DNA of 61,174 bases, the filler included. It is 4 parts of 4 records of this genome, joined end to end, with 100 filler letters (N's around TTAATTAATTAA, not from the genome) between each part and the next. Parts side by side here need not be neighbours in the genome. Positions count along the whole stretch, not along the records: positions 24,140 to 29,892 come from SRR20825019_2421; positions 29,993 to 47,001 come from SRR20825019_2422; 2 more parts are not named here. One strand, written 5' to 3'. The notes below the pieces were generated by a model. The model was not told where the DNA came from. It made no database searches and saw nothing but the letters and a program-made list of their open reading frames with translations. Of the stretch, positions 24,830 to 35,695 are shown in pieces (position 1 is the stretch's first letter; every line of letters starts with the position of its first letter). A program made the translations under genes and the position numbers.

Positions 24830-25300
24830 CCGATGCCGGCCTGCCTGAGCGGCCGGCCGGCCCGCCCCCCCGGCCCCCGGCCGCGGATGGCGGGCGCTCC
24901 GGTGGCCCCGTGACGTTGCCTACGTTACGACATCCATATCATATATTTAGTACATACGCGTACTTTCTACTTCCCATTGCTTGACGGATTAAGCCTCACC
25001 GAGCCGGCGGTGGCAGCGGTTCGGTAGCACGGCGAGGCCGGCCCGGGCCCCGGCCCGGCCGCGACGCCGCTGACCCGGCCAACGCGGCCCGGGCGGTCGC
25101 CGGCCGCCCGCCGCCCGCCCGCGGCGCCGGCGCGGCCCCGGACCGGACGTCCGGCCCCCGGGCGCCGCCGCCCCTGCCATGTGACCCACCGCGACCCAGA
25201 CGGCCGGGGGTGGGTGGAGGGCCGGGCTGGCAGCATCCAGTCAGCCCTCCGGCCCTCGGTCGCCGCCCGGGCCCTGGCTGGCTGCCCGTCCCGCCAGCCG
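24830..25300. promoter_or_regulatory. GC-rich island upstream of the gene at 25362
   Basis: Extremely GC-rich; followed by CATACATATT at ~25311. Confidence 0.5.
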
Positions 25301-25361
25301 ATGCCGCATACATACATATTGGTATCCTAGCGCGAGCTCCTATGTTCAAAGGTTGGTAACT

Positions 25362-26920
25362 ATGGGTTGCAAACATTCCTCGGCTGCATCGGAGGCAACA
25401 TTTTCACAAGGTCGGCCCGATTCTGGGTTCACAAGTTTGAGTGAAGGCAGCCCCATGAAGAAAGCAAGGTCGCTCCACATCAATACCGAGCTGACACCCG
25501 TCACCAATGGTAGAACGCCACGGCGAAAGTCCGGGAAACAGACCCCTGGATCGGCAAATCTCGGTGCCATGTGCGGCAAGTGTGGTGCGGCTGGTGATCA
25601 CCAACTGAACCCAGAGGCACCACCAGTCGAGCCCTTTGCTGTGATGCGACAAGTGAGTCTTTTTTTTTTTTGAACCTCCTCGTCTTCCTATTTATTTTTT
25701 TTGAATTTGTTGGGAATTTCTGACACTTTGAAAGGTTCATGAATGCATCAGAGCTACGCTTATTCAAATTCAAGATATGATTTCGGCGCGGGATTACGCA
25801 ACAGTGCGTACTTGTGCGTGTCAGTTTTTTGTTGGCCACGTTAACCATTCAAACTCGTAGGCATATGGGCTGTGGGTGGACCTTCTGCGGGCAATGGAAA
25901 CACATACTGCTATGGAGGAAGGTCCGCCAGGCAGCAAGTTGGGGTTGTTTGCGCTGCTGGATTGGAAGCACAACAACGTGAGTTCCCAGCTACGTAATTT
26001 CAATTTTGAGCTAATGGTGCCTAGATTGCAACGAGTTCTGGGCTTCATGTATTTCATTTGGAGGAGGAAGAAATGAAGACTCAGGTTGATTTCTTCCCGA
26101 GCAAGAAGCTTTTGCGCAAGTCTTCGCTCTCGATGCCCACACCTAACCGCGAGAGGCCGCCATCTATTAATATCACTCTCGCACCCGCTCAGGAAGGTCA
26201 ACTTAAAAAGGCTATGAACTCGTATATCACGTACACAGAGAGTCACTTGAGCGGGGAGGAAAAGGTTTTGCAAGGGTTCGTCAAAAAGGTATCTTCTCTT
26301 GCTGTGTGGCCACTGCTTCATAGCCTGACCGCGCATGCCTTAGACTGGGAGCTGCGAACAGGAAACATGTGACCTTATCCATCATTTTTTAGTTGGTCCG
26401 GTGATTGATGATATTGGCTCAAATGAGTTCGCGTGGTTTACGTCTTGGTGCGCACGCACATTACTGCAGCATCGAGGTAAGTGTTCTCGGCTCAGTGAAT
26501 GCACTTTCAGAAATACGTTTGTATTGAATAATATTCCAGGTATTGATTTAGCGCGGGAGTTTGTGGTGGCTATGCAGCGATGTACAACAAGCAAGGAATG
26601 GGTGCGGATCCTCGCACGCCTTCAACAGGATCTGAGACCTGAGGTATGGTTGTTCAGACTCTAGCTAGCCTTGTTGCGCGACTCACATGTGGTTGTTGCC
26701 CCGTCAGGATTTCTATGCAATGGATAACGCTGCGCCAATGGGGCTTGAAGCCGATGGGGGTGCGGTGGAGTTGGAATTAACGAGGTGGGAGAAACCACCT
26801 TCTTTAGCGGTAACTCCCGCCAAAACTCCAAGCAAGTCGGCGCGCACGCCAAGGTCCCCCTCGGTTGGGACCCCTCACTCCAACACTGAGTTTTTGACCC
26901 CGCCGTCCACTCCACAGTGA
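25362..26920 (+). CDS. hypothetical protein with N-terminal MGCxxS acylation motif, multi-exon
   Basis: MGCKHSS start; exon fragments in ORFs 25353-, 25876-, 26058-, 26401- and 26687-26920, separated by GT-AG introns. Confidence 0.55.
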
Positions 26921-26987
26921 GAATGGTGGACAGTGATCGCAAGGTTGACCGAAGCCGAGCCTTGGTAGGGATAATTGTTTTATTCTC

Positions 26988-28685
26988 CTATGCCTTGGCC
27001 TTGCGGATCTGCGCCTCGGTTTGCTCCTTCTGCAAATTCAATCCAGTCAGGTTCCTATCCCAAGAGGACCCACGCAAGACATTCAGCGGGCCAGGTGAAA
27101 CGCAAGTCCTTACCATTTGCTCTAGCTGCCATGCCCTGATGGCATCTTCACGGTGCTTCTCCACGAATGGATTCGGATCATCCGACTTCATAGTCGCAAA
27201 CGTGTGGTTGACGTCACGGTGGTGGCATTCATCAGCAAACATCGCTCTCAGGGCATCCACCCACTTGGATTCATCCTACACTGGCATGTAAAGACGTGAT
27301 GAATGAAAATTACATTCTGACACTTACTGGGAGGTGCCAGTAGTTCTTGGCAATTTCCGGGGCGGGAAGCTGGCTCCAGGCATCATGAAGCGGGGTTCCC
27401 GGAGCTGATTATTCCGGCATATTAATAAACGCAGCTATTGATGTCTATTTATACTTACTCTCCACCTGGGCGATGATATCAGCGTAGGTGTATACGGCTG
27501 TCTCTTCGAGATAGCCTACGAATCGGTGGACCCTGGTGGTAGCCTGGTTGAGTGGTGCATGGCAATATTGAAACACAATCTACTCACGCCTTGGGGTTGA
27601 CCGCATAGACAGCCGCAAGGAGCGGCGACATCAATCCCTGAGCGAGGATCACCATGCTCCGCGTGACCATACCGGCTTCGAACCTGTTATTGAGTTAGCC
27701 TCTTGGTCTTCAACACCAGCGGCAAAGATGAACAAACACCCACATTTTCAGACAAACCAGCAGGTGCATTCTCTCATTTTCAGCCTCTTCCAAAAGAGTA
27801 TAGATCCATCCGTGGTCACTGCAGGGCAGCGTCAGAACTGTCACACGCAAAATGAACACCGTTGCTCACTCACCGCTGGAGACGGCGCAATGAGCGGAAG
27901 TGGCGGAACCCAGCAGCAACGAATCTGGCAACGACGTTCATTGAGTTCAATGCGTCTGAAAATGAATATGCAAGACGCACCCTGGAACCCCCGCAAATGA
28001 CTCGAGGATGATGAGACGGTACTCGATGGACTTGACGGGAGTGTTGACTTTCTTGTATCCAGTGATGAAGTTGAAGGAATGGTAAGCGGTAGTCCTGCAA
28101 CTGTGGTGAGTGACTCCCATCATGAAGTCGCCACTAGGCGAAACACTCACATGATCATTCGGGCAATTCTGTCAGCCATGGTCTGGGGCTGGTGCTGTAA
28201 CTCCAAGTCATTATACAAGGAATCATTCAACGGTTATCAGTAATTCGAGCCACCTACCCTGGTTTTACCGTGTTCCATTAGCTCTTGAATTTCATCGTCA
28301 GTCCAGATATGGTTCTGCTGGTAGCCAAAGTGCTTGCCACCCAGGTTGTCTTTCTCTTCCTTCTTGCTAAAGGGATGTTAGTGACAAAATAATCTTTTCC
28401 CAGTAAAACAAATACATGAGGGGTTCGCCCTTGAGGGGGTGGGGCCGACTGGATAGACGGAAGTGGGTCATGATCCTTCCATCGTTGGTATCGTCAGGAA
28501 GAGGGGCTGCTTTAGAAAAAGTTAGTACATAATCTCGGAAAGTTGCCCACCCCATTCCACTTACGTGCTCCCTGCGCCCCGGCGGCGAATCCACGCAACA
28601 CCGGGAGCCGAGAAGTTTTGAAGAGTTGCTGGCGCAAGGATGGGAGGGTACCCATGGCGTAGCGTGCCGAAGCTATGCGCAGCAT
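26988..28685 (-). CDS. AOX: mitochondrial alternative oxidase, multi-exon
   Basis: Diiron motifs LESFAGVPG, ENERMHL, HRFVGYLEE and ADECHHRDVNH; Arg-rich transit peptide MLRIASARYAMGTLPSLRQQLFK. Confidence 0.93.
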
Positions 28686-28799
28686 TGCCTCAACACAAGA
28701 AAAAATATTCTGCAACGAATACGGTAGTTGACAAGCCACAATATTTCATCATAGAATAAGGCAATGCAGAGCCCTGAACATTCCGAAATTGACTTTTCG

Positions 28800-29800
28800 G
28801 AGTTACGAGTGGAGTTCGTGCGAGCGTCACCCTCACTGCCGGGCGGCGCGCTTGGGATGGGCGGCCGCTGAGGCCGTCCCCATGGCACGGCAGCCTCCGG
28901 GCTGCACGCGGGGGCGGGGGTCGGAAAGGAACTGACGTCGCCGGGACCGCCACTGCCGATCACCGGCTATTTGCCGAAAATACCCGCCGTCGGAGGCGAA
29001 CTTGCCGAGACGGTGCGGGCACCGCCCCGTCGGCGTCGCCGGCCGCTCAGCCGATCGCGATCAAGTGATCGAGAGTGAGTAATCCGGCCGGCGGCGGCCG
29101 GCCGTTGGTCGTCATGACCGTGTTCCCGACGACCCACTGAGCTGGCCCCCCGGGCCGGCGCAGCCGCCCGGGCTCAGGCCTGAAGGCCGACGGCCACTCA
29201 GCGGCGGCTGCCAGACCACGAGGGCCGGGACTCAGGCCGACGACTCGGCCCGCCGGCCCGCGCCAGCTGAGGTCTTCGAGTCGCGTGTCTCTCAACCACC
29301 GTAAGCCGGCAACTGACGACTTGGCATGACGTGGCGGCCGGGCAGCAGGCCCCGGCCGGCCGCACCCGGTCCGGATCAGTCCCAGACACTCGGAGGCGCC
29401 ACAACGCCGTTCAAACGCGGCTCCGATTCATTGGCGGAGGGACTTCAATCGCGTGCCCACCGCGACGGTCCTTTACGCGGTCGGGTGCCGGTCGTGGTCT
29501 CCCGTTTATCATCCCAATTGGGGGTTGGCCGAGTCAGGGGCCGCGTCGGACATAGTTACGTCCCGATCCCTAGCGCTGGCTTTTGCGGGACTGGTCCGCT
29601 TCAGCCACCACATGTCGGAGATGACTGCGCTGGGCTTTGGACCATTAGGCTTTGTCCGATGCCGGTTTCTATACTGTTAGCGCTTGGGCTCCTATCGAAC
29701 GTCCGGCTAACCATCGTGGTGGCGTTGGCCGGCGGACTTCACACGGACACTGATGGCGGCCCGCACCGGACCGGCCGCGTTGATTGACCTATAGAACTCC
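28800..29800. promoter_or_regulatory. GC-rich island upstream of AOX
   Basis: GC-rich non-coding DNA; ATCCCAATTGGGG at 29511-29523. Confidence 0.55.
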
Positions 29801-29869
29801 TATACTGAAACTGACTCCGCTTCGCACATCATCACCCACACCCATCCATCACAGGTGCCTGCGCGCTTA

Positions 29870-29892
29870 CCCCCCCCCCCCCCCCCCCCCCC
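29870..29892. repeat. poly-C homopolymer at contig 2 end
   Basis: 23 consecutive C. Confidence 0.95.
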
Positions 29893-29992
29893 NNNNNNNN
29901 NNNNNNNNNNNNNNNNNNNNNNNNNNNNNNNNNNNNTTAATTAATTAANNNNNNNNNNNNNNNNNNNNNNNNNNNNNNNNNNNNNNNNNNNN
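29893..29992. other. artificial contig linker
   Basis: N44-TTAATTAATTAA-N44. Confidence 0.98.
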
Positions 29993-29993
29993 T

Positions 29994-30575
29994 AAAACAA
30001 TTGGTCGTTTCCACTTAGACGGAATTCCACCAGCGCAGCGTGGTACGCCACAAATTGAAGTAACGTTCGATATTGATGCCAACGGTATCATTAAAGTAAG
30101 CGCTACCGATAAGGCTACAAACAAAACGCAGGACATTCGTATTGAAGCTTCTTCTGGGCTTACTGAAGAAGAAATTAAAAAGATGAAAGCAGATGCTGAA
30201 GCAAACGCTGAAACTGATAAAAATGCGAAAGAAAAAGTTGACAAACTAAATGAAGCTGATGGAATGATCTTCCAAACTGAAAAGCAACTTAAAGAATTTG
30301 GCGAAAAATTATCTGATGATAAAAAGAAACCAATTGAAGAAGCTTTGGAAGAACTGAAAAAAGCGTATGAAACTAAAGAAGTTGAAACAATTCAACCTGC
30401 TTTAGATAAAATAAACGAAGCTTGGAAAACGGCTTCTGAAGAAATGTACAAAGCCCAAGCAGAGCAGCAAGGTGCCCCAACTGGTGATGCCGGAGCAGGA
30501 GCAGAGCAAGGAAGCACAGGCGGCAGCGCAGAAAACAGCGATGTTGAAGACGTAGATTTCGAAGAAGTGAAATAA
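29994..30575 (+). CDS. dnaK: chaperone DnaK, C-terminal part (5' truncated by contig edge)
   Basis: [32 protein letters not shown] ... [10 protein letters not shown]. Confidence 0.97.
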   Translation, partial: KTIGRFHLDGIPPAQRGTPQIEVTFDIDANGIIKVSATDKATNKTQDIRIEASSGLTEEEIKKMKADAEANAETDKNAKEKVDKLNEADGMIFQTEKQLKEFGEKLSDDKKKPIEEALEELKKAYETKEVETIQPALDKINEAWKTASEEMYKAQAEQQGAPTGDAGAGAEQGSTGGSAENSDVEDVDFEEVK

Positions 30576-30596
30576 GTTTTATAATATATTTAATGT

Positions 30597-30634
30597 AAAA
30601 AAACCGCAACCTTAATGGATTGCGGTTTTTTTTT
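30597..30634. terminator. intrinsic terminator after dnaK, probably bidirectional
   Basis: AAAAAAACCGCAA..TTGCGGTTTTTTTTT. Confidence 0.88.
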
Positions 30635-30722
30635 ATTTCAAAAATGAATACCCTTCTGTAAATGAACTTTAACTTTTTAGGGGCTTTCAATTACTTAAAC
30701 ATATAATAGCAGTATATTTTAC

Positions 30723-31718
30723 TTAAAGTTCAAAAACTTCACCAATTTGACCAACCTTAAATCCTTTTTCAACAACTGATTTTGCTTCAATACTATTAAT
30801 ATTAATCAATGGATTGGTATGATTAAAATGAATAAAAATTATTTTACTTTTCTCTTTTGCAGCTAAATTTTTAAAAAGCTCCAAGCTTTCAATTACAAAC
30901 GGATGAGGAATTTGTGAAATATCACGATTGTTTATTTCTTCACCACTATAAAAAGTAGCATCTAAAAAAGCGTAATCTACTTTTTTTATTTCTTCAGTAA
31001 TGTTTTTGCCCCATTTGTCCCACTTGTCAATATCTGGAATAAATAACGCACTTTTATTCGGACCTTTTATATGGTAACCAACTGTTTCGGAATATTCATC
31101 CCTATGTGGCACAAGAAAAGGAGTTACCTGCAAATCATTAGAAAGTTGTACGGTTTTTTCGTTTTCTAATGAATTTATAGCAATATTATTGAGTGTAACA
31201 AGTTGGTTCCATGGGCCATTATTCTCAAGAAAAAACTTCATTTTAGGCATTGCATATACTGGTATTTCTTTAGCATTTGTTGCTTCCTTTCCTAAATACA
31301 TCAAGCCAGTATAGTGACCAATGTGCGCGTGAGTTAAAAAAATACCATCCGCAAGTTCATTTTCATTTTGAGCTCCAAATACTTTTAATGCTTTCATTTG
31401 GGTTGTTATATCTGGTGTGGCATCAAATAAATATTTTTTTTTAGTTGAACTGTCAAACAATCCTAAAGCAATTACTCGCCTATTAGAATCGGGATGTTCA
31501 AATAAATTTTTACAACAATTCTTATTGCATCCAATATGTGGTGAACCAGCATCCTGAATGGTTCCCAAAAGGACAAGGGATGTGCCTAAGTGGTTCGTTT
31601 TCGCTACAGTTTTTGTATTAGAAGATGGATTGTTTTTACAAGCAATCAATAAAAATAGTAGTACTGTGTAGCTTGCTATTTTTACTGCTGAAAATGTTGA
31701 GAGTGATTCCATTGCCAT
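30723..31718 (-). CDS. PqqB-like metallo-beta-lactamase-fold protein, predicted lipoprotein
   Basis: LGTIQDAGSPHIGC, LFDATPD, FLTHAHIGHY, VPHRDE, HFNHTNP; lipobox LLIA-C. Confidence 0.85.
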   Translation of the reverse strand: MAMESLSTFSAVKIASYTVLLFLLIACKNNPSSNTKTVAKTNHLGTSLVLLGTIQDAGSPHIGCNKNCCKNLFEHPDSNRRVIALGLFDSSTKKKYLFDATPDITTQMKALKVFGAQNENELADGIFLTHAHIGHYTGLMYLGKEATNAKEIPVYAMPKMKFFLENNGPWNQLVTLNNIAINSLENEKTVQLSNDLQVTPFLVPHRDEYSETVGYHIKGPNKSALFIPDIDKWDKWGKNITEEIKKVDYAFLDATFYSGEEINNRDISQIPHPFVIESLELFKNLAAKEKSKIIFIHFNHTNPLININSIEAKSVVEKGFKVGQIGEVFEL

Positions 31719-31816
31719 AAATGTAGTTAAAAAGTGATAAAGAATGTATAACTAATCTCTGTTCGAAACAATTACTTCAGCTTAAAAAGAAAACTATCAG
31801 TGTGTTAATAAAATCG

Positions 31817-32464
31817 CTAACTTTCTTGTGAAATGCTTAAAAGAAAATTTTTGTTAACTTCATGAACACCGTTAAATACTTCAATATTTAAACGATTTTT
31901 GAAGAGTTTACTTCCTTTTAATTGTTCTTCGGTTTTACGAGCTTCGGTAATGTACTGATCTTTATTTCCGTAGATGTAAATAACAGAAGTTGATTGTTTT
32001 AAAAATTCAAAGTCTGAAGCTTTTAATTCATTTGGGATTCCGCCAGAGTGAAGAATTAATTTGTCACACTGTATTTTGCTATTTGCCACCCAGCGAGTAG
32101 CAATAGAAACTCCTTGCGAATACCCTAAAACAATAAGTTTTGGAATGGGTTTAGTAACTTCATTTTTATAAACTTCATCAATATAGCGTAGAATATTTTG
32201 GGTTTCAGCACCTGTATTTTCACGAGTTAGCCAAGATGCGCCAACATGCTTAAATGCTTTGTCTTGATAGTATTTTGAAGGTGCTTGTGGGGCAATTACA
32301 AAATTTTCATCTGGATTTAATTCTGAAAAATACCTGATAAAATATTTACTTAAATACCCCATACCATGAAATACCATCCAGACATTTTTTGTCTTTTCAG
32401 TAAAATTATTAAGTGTAGAATAGGTGTTAATTGTTTTGTAGGAAGCTTCTTTTTCAGTGCTCAT
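31817..32464 (-). CDS. alpha/beta hydrolase (esterase family)
   Basis: FHGMG oxyanion motif, GYSQG nucleophile elbow, GNKD and GVH. Confidence 0.88.
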   Translation of the reverse strand: MSTEKEASYKTINTYSTLNNFTEKTKNVWMVFHGMGYLSKYFIRYFSELNPDENFVIAPQAPSKYYQDKAFKHVGASWLTRENTGAETQNILRYIDEVYKNEVTKPIPKLIVLGYSQGVSIATRWVANSKIQCDKLILHSGGIPNELKASDFEFLKQSTSVIYIYGNKDQYITEARKTEEQLKGSKLFKNRLNIEVFNGVHEVNKNFLLSISQES

Positions 32465-32509
32465 TTTGTTGGGTTCAATTTTGTATTTTTACAAATGTAA
32501 ATTAATACG

Positions 32510-32935
32510 ATGAAGTATACCAAAGATGAAATTTTAGCCATTTCAAAAAAGATGTGTAAAAACACATTAATGGAAACGCTAGAGATAGAATTTACCGAAG
32601 TGGGTGATGATTTTTTAATTGCGCGAATGCCCGTAACTCCAAGAGTTCACCAGCCTGACGGTGTGCTACATGGCGGTGCTTCTGTAGCACTTGCAGAAAG
32701 CGTTGGAAGTGCGGGAGCTTACTTCTTTCTGAATTCAAAAGAAATTAGCATCCGTGGTATTGAAATTGCCGCAAACCATGTAAAAAGTGTTACTGAAGGT
32801 TATGTATACGCCCATGCATCTATTCTTCATAAAGGAAGAACAACACAGCTATGGCAAATAAAAATAACAAATGAAGCAGGGGAATTAGTTTCACTTGTAA
32901 AACTTACCACACTCTCTTTACCTAGAAAGAACTAA
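32510..32935 (+). CDS. PaaI-family hotdog thioesterase, probable DHNA-CoA thioesterase (MenI-like)
   Basis: HQPDGVLHGGASVALAES motif; overlaps the menF start. Confidence 0.88.
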   Translation: MKYTKDEILAISKKMCKNTLMETLEIEFTEVGDDFLIARMPVTPRVHQPDGVLHGGASVALAESVGSAGAYFFLNSKEISIRGIEIAANHVKSVTEGYVYAHASILHKGRTTQLWQIKITNEAGELVSLVKLTTLSLPRKN

Positions 32936-34002
32936 TGGATTATAAGTTGGTTATCGAAAAAGTTTCGAAGCATTATGCTAAAAAATTGCCATTTGTAATT
33001 TTTTCTATGCCTCAAAGTGAGCATGTTAAATTCTTTTTGCAAGAAGATAATACAGTACATACGGTTGAAAAACTTTCTGAAAATGGCTTTATTTTAGCAC
33101 CTTTTGATTATAAAGATGTAGCATTTTACATTCCTGAAAAAAACTCAGAACTACTTATTACACAAATACCAATTGAAGAAAAAAAAGTAAATTCCGTTGA
33201 AATACAAAAAGATATTAAGGAGCGTAATAAATATGTTAAGCTTCTTGATAAAGCAATTGAAACAATAAAAAAGAAGAATGCCGAAAAGATAGTGCTCTCT
33301 CGCTTTAAAGACTTTGAAGTAGAAAATTTTTCGCTTGAAAAACTTATAAAACAATTATTCTCTGTTTATCCATCAGCTTTTAAATATATTTGGTATCATC
33401 CAAATACTGGGCTGTGGTGTGGTGCAACGCCCGAAACATTAGTTGAAATTGATAATAATTCATTCAAAACTATGGCATTGGCTGGTACGCAAATTTTTAA
33501 AAATAAATCATACACCGCTTGGGGGCAAAAAGAGCAAGATGAACAGCAATTGGTAACCGATTCAATAACAACTAGCTTACAGAAAGTTACTTCTGTTTTA
33601 AAGGTTTCAAATCCATATACACATCGCGCTGGGCAACTACTGCATTTACGAACCGATATCACTGGAATACTAAAAACCAATAAAGCTACTTTAACATCTA
33701 TTACAACTGCACTTCATCCAACTCCTGCTGTTTGTGGCACACCTAAAAAATTTGCAAAAGAGTTTTTAAATGAAAATGAAGGTTATAATAGAGAGTTTTA
33801 CACGGGTTTTATTGGGCCAATAGAAAATGACGGCGCCTCTACTTTATTAATGGTAAACCTTCGTTGTATGAAGATTGAAGATAAAATAGCACGTGTTTTT
33901 GCCGGAGGTGGTATAACACGCGATTCCCAATCCATCGAGGAATGGGAAGAAACACAAAATAAAATGCAAACAATGCTACAAGTACTTCAGCCTATGCTGT
34001 AA
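32935..34002 (+). CDS. menF: isochorismate synthase
   Basis: KIVLSR, GATPE, ALAGT, LHPTPAVCG, NLRC, AGGGI; context with menD. Confidence 0.9.
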   Translation: MDYKLVIEKVSKHYAKKLPFVIFSMPQSEHVKFFLQEDNTVHTVEKLSENGFILAPFDYKDVAFYIPEKNSELLITQIPIEEKKVNSVEIQKDIKERNKYVKLLDKAIETIKKKNAEKIVLSRFKDFEVENFSLEKLIKQLFSVYPSAFKYIWYHPNTGLWCGATPETLVEIDNNSFKTMALAGTQIFKNKSYTAWGQKEQDEQQLVTDSITTSLQKVTSVLKVSNPYTHRAGQLLHLRTDITGILKTNKATLTSITTALHPTPAVCGTPKKFAKEFLNENEGYNREFYTGFIGPIENDGASTLLMVNLRCMKIEDKIARVFAGGGITRDSQSIEEWEETQNKMQTMLQVLQPML

Positions 34003-34019
34003 TATTTTTAGCGTCTTTG

Positions 34020-34027
34020 TACCTTTG
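34020..34027 (+). promoter_or_regulatory. Bacteroidota -7 promoter element (TAnnTTTG) before menD
   Basis: TACCTTTG, 6 nt before ATG 34034. Confidence 0.7.
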
Positions 34028-34033
34028 CACCGC

Positions 34034-35695
34034 ATGAAATTTTCAAATAAAATTCTTTCACAAACGCTTGTTCAACTATGTTTGGATAAGCATATAGAAC
34101 ATATAGTTATATCTCCTGGTTCACGAAATGCACCGCTTACTATTGGTTTCGGCGCGCATAATGATTTTAAGTGTTTTAGCATCGTTGATGAACGTTGTGC
34201 TGCTTTTTTTGCCTTAGGAATGGCACAACAATTAAACAAACCAGTTGCTGTTGTTTGTACTTCAGGCTCTGCATTGTTAAATTATTATCCTGCTGTTTCT
34301 GAAGCATTTTATAGCGATATTCCACTAGTGGTTATTTCGGCAGATAGACCAGCTAATTTTATTGATATTGGTGACGGACAAACAATTAGACAAGAAAATG
34401 TTTTTGAAAACCATATTCTTTATAACGCCAATTGTAAGGAAGGAAATGAGTTTCAGATACATAATGAAACCGAAATAAACGTTGCGCTTAATACTGCAAT
34501 AGAACTTAAGGGGCCAGTGCATATTAATATTCCTTTTACAGAACCGCTATACCAAACAGTTGAGGAGCAGTTAGTTTGGCCTCAAAATGTAGCGCCACGG
34601 ATAGCTGAAACTTTTAATCTAGATTTAATTCCTTTTATTGAAAAGTGGAACAAGTGCACTAAAAAAATGATACTTGTTGGCACGCTTCCACCCAATAGTT
34701 TGGAGGCTCGTTTTATAAAACAACTTGCAGAAGATAAAAGTATTTTGGTGCTTACCGAAACAACTTCAAACCTTAATAATAATAATTTTATTTCAGCTAT
34801 AGATCAGTTGATTGCACCATTAACAGCTGAAGAATTTAAAAAACTTCAACCAGAAATTTTACTCACTTTTGGCGGAATGGTGGTTTCAAAAAAGATAAAA
34901 GCTTTTTTACGAACGTATCCTCCAAAGGAGCATTGGCATGTAGATTTCAAAAAAGCTTACGATACTTTTTTTGTACTAAATCAACATTTTAAATTAGCTA
35001 TAAATAGTTTTTTCACTGAATTTCTTCCGAAAACACTAGCATTAAATAGTGACTACCAAAACACTTGGCTCAAGGTTAAAGAGCATCGATTAAAACGTCA
35101 TGAGGCGTATATAAATGAAATTCCATATTCAGACTTTAGGGTTTTTTGTGAAATTTTTCAGCAACTTCCACAAAACATTCAGTTACAATTAAGTAATAGT
35201 GCTACCATTCGCTACGCACAACTTTTTAATATACATTCTTCTGCTGAAGTATTCTGTAATCGTGGAACTAGTGGAATTGATGGAAGCATGAGTACCGCAA
35301 TTGGGGCAGGTTATGCATCAAAGCTTTCTACAGTTTTTTTAACGGGTGATCTTAGCTTTTTCTATGATAGCAATGCACTTTGGAACAATTATATTCCGAA
35401 TGATTTTAAAATAATTGTTGTGAATAATGGTGGTGGGGGTATTTTTAGAATTCTTCCCGGTGAAAAAGACTCCAAACTATTTGATACTTATTTTGAAACG
35501 AAACATAATTTAAGTGCCACCCATATTGCTAAAATGTATGGTTTTGAATATATGAATTCCCACACAATTGAAGATTTGGAGAAAACATTAAAAAGTTTTT
35601 TTGATGGAAACGGTGGAAGAAAATTATTGGAAATCTTCACCCCAGCGACGGTGAATGATAAAGTATTGCTTGATTATTTCAAATTCATTTTATAA
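34034..35695 (+). CDS. menD: SEPHCHC synthase MenD
   Basis: ISPGSRNAPL, DERCAAFFALG, CTSGSA, NRGTSGIDG, GDLSFFYD, NNGGGGIF. Confidence 0.97.
   Translation: MKFSNKILSQTLVQLCLDKHIEHIVISPGSRNAPLTIGFGAHNDFKCFSIVDERCAAFFALGMAQQLNKPVAVVCTSGSALLNYYPAVSEAFYSDIPLVVISADRPANFIDIGDGQTIRQENVFENHILYNANCKEGNEFQIHNETEINVALNTAIELKGPVHINIPFTEPLYQTVEEQLVWPQNVAPRIAETFNLDLIPFIEKWNKCTKKMILVGTLPPNSLEARFIKQLAEDKSILVLTETTSNLNNNNFISAIDQLIAPLTAEEFKKLQPEILLTFGGMVVSKKIKAFLRTYPPKEHWHVDFKKAYDTFFVLNQHFKLAINSFFTEFLPKTLALNSDYQNTWLKVKEHRLKRHEAYINEIPYSDFRVFCEIFQQLPQNIQLQLSNSATIRYAQLFNIHSSAEVFCNRGTSGIDGSMSTAIGAGYASKLSTVFLTGDLSFFYDSNALWNNYIPNDFKIIVVNNGGGGIFRILPGEKDSKLFDTYFETKHNLSATHIAKMYGFEYMNSHTIEDLEKTLKSFFDGNGGRKLLEIFTPATVNDKVLLDYFKFIL

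Noticed and set aside
24190-24830. Possible small minus-strand gene ending near 24304 with AATAAA downstream
   Set aside because: I could not build a convincing spliced ORF or recognise a product.
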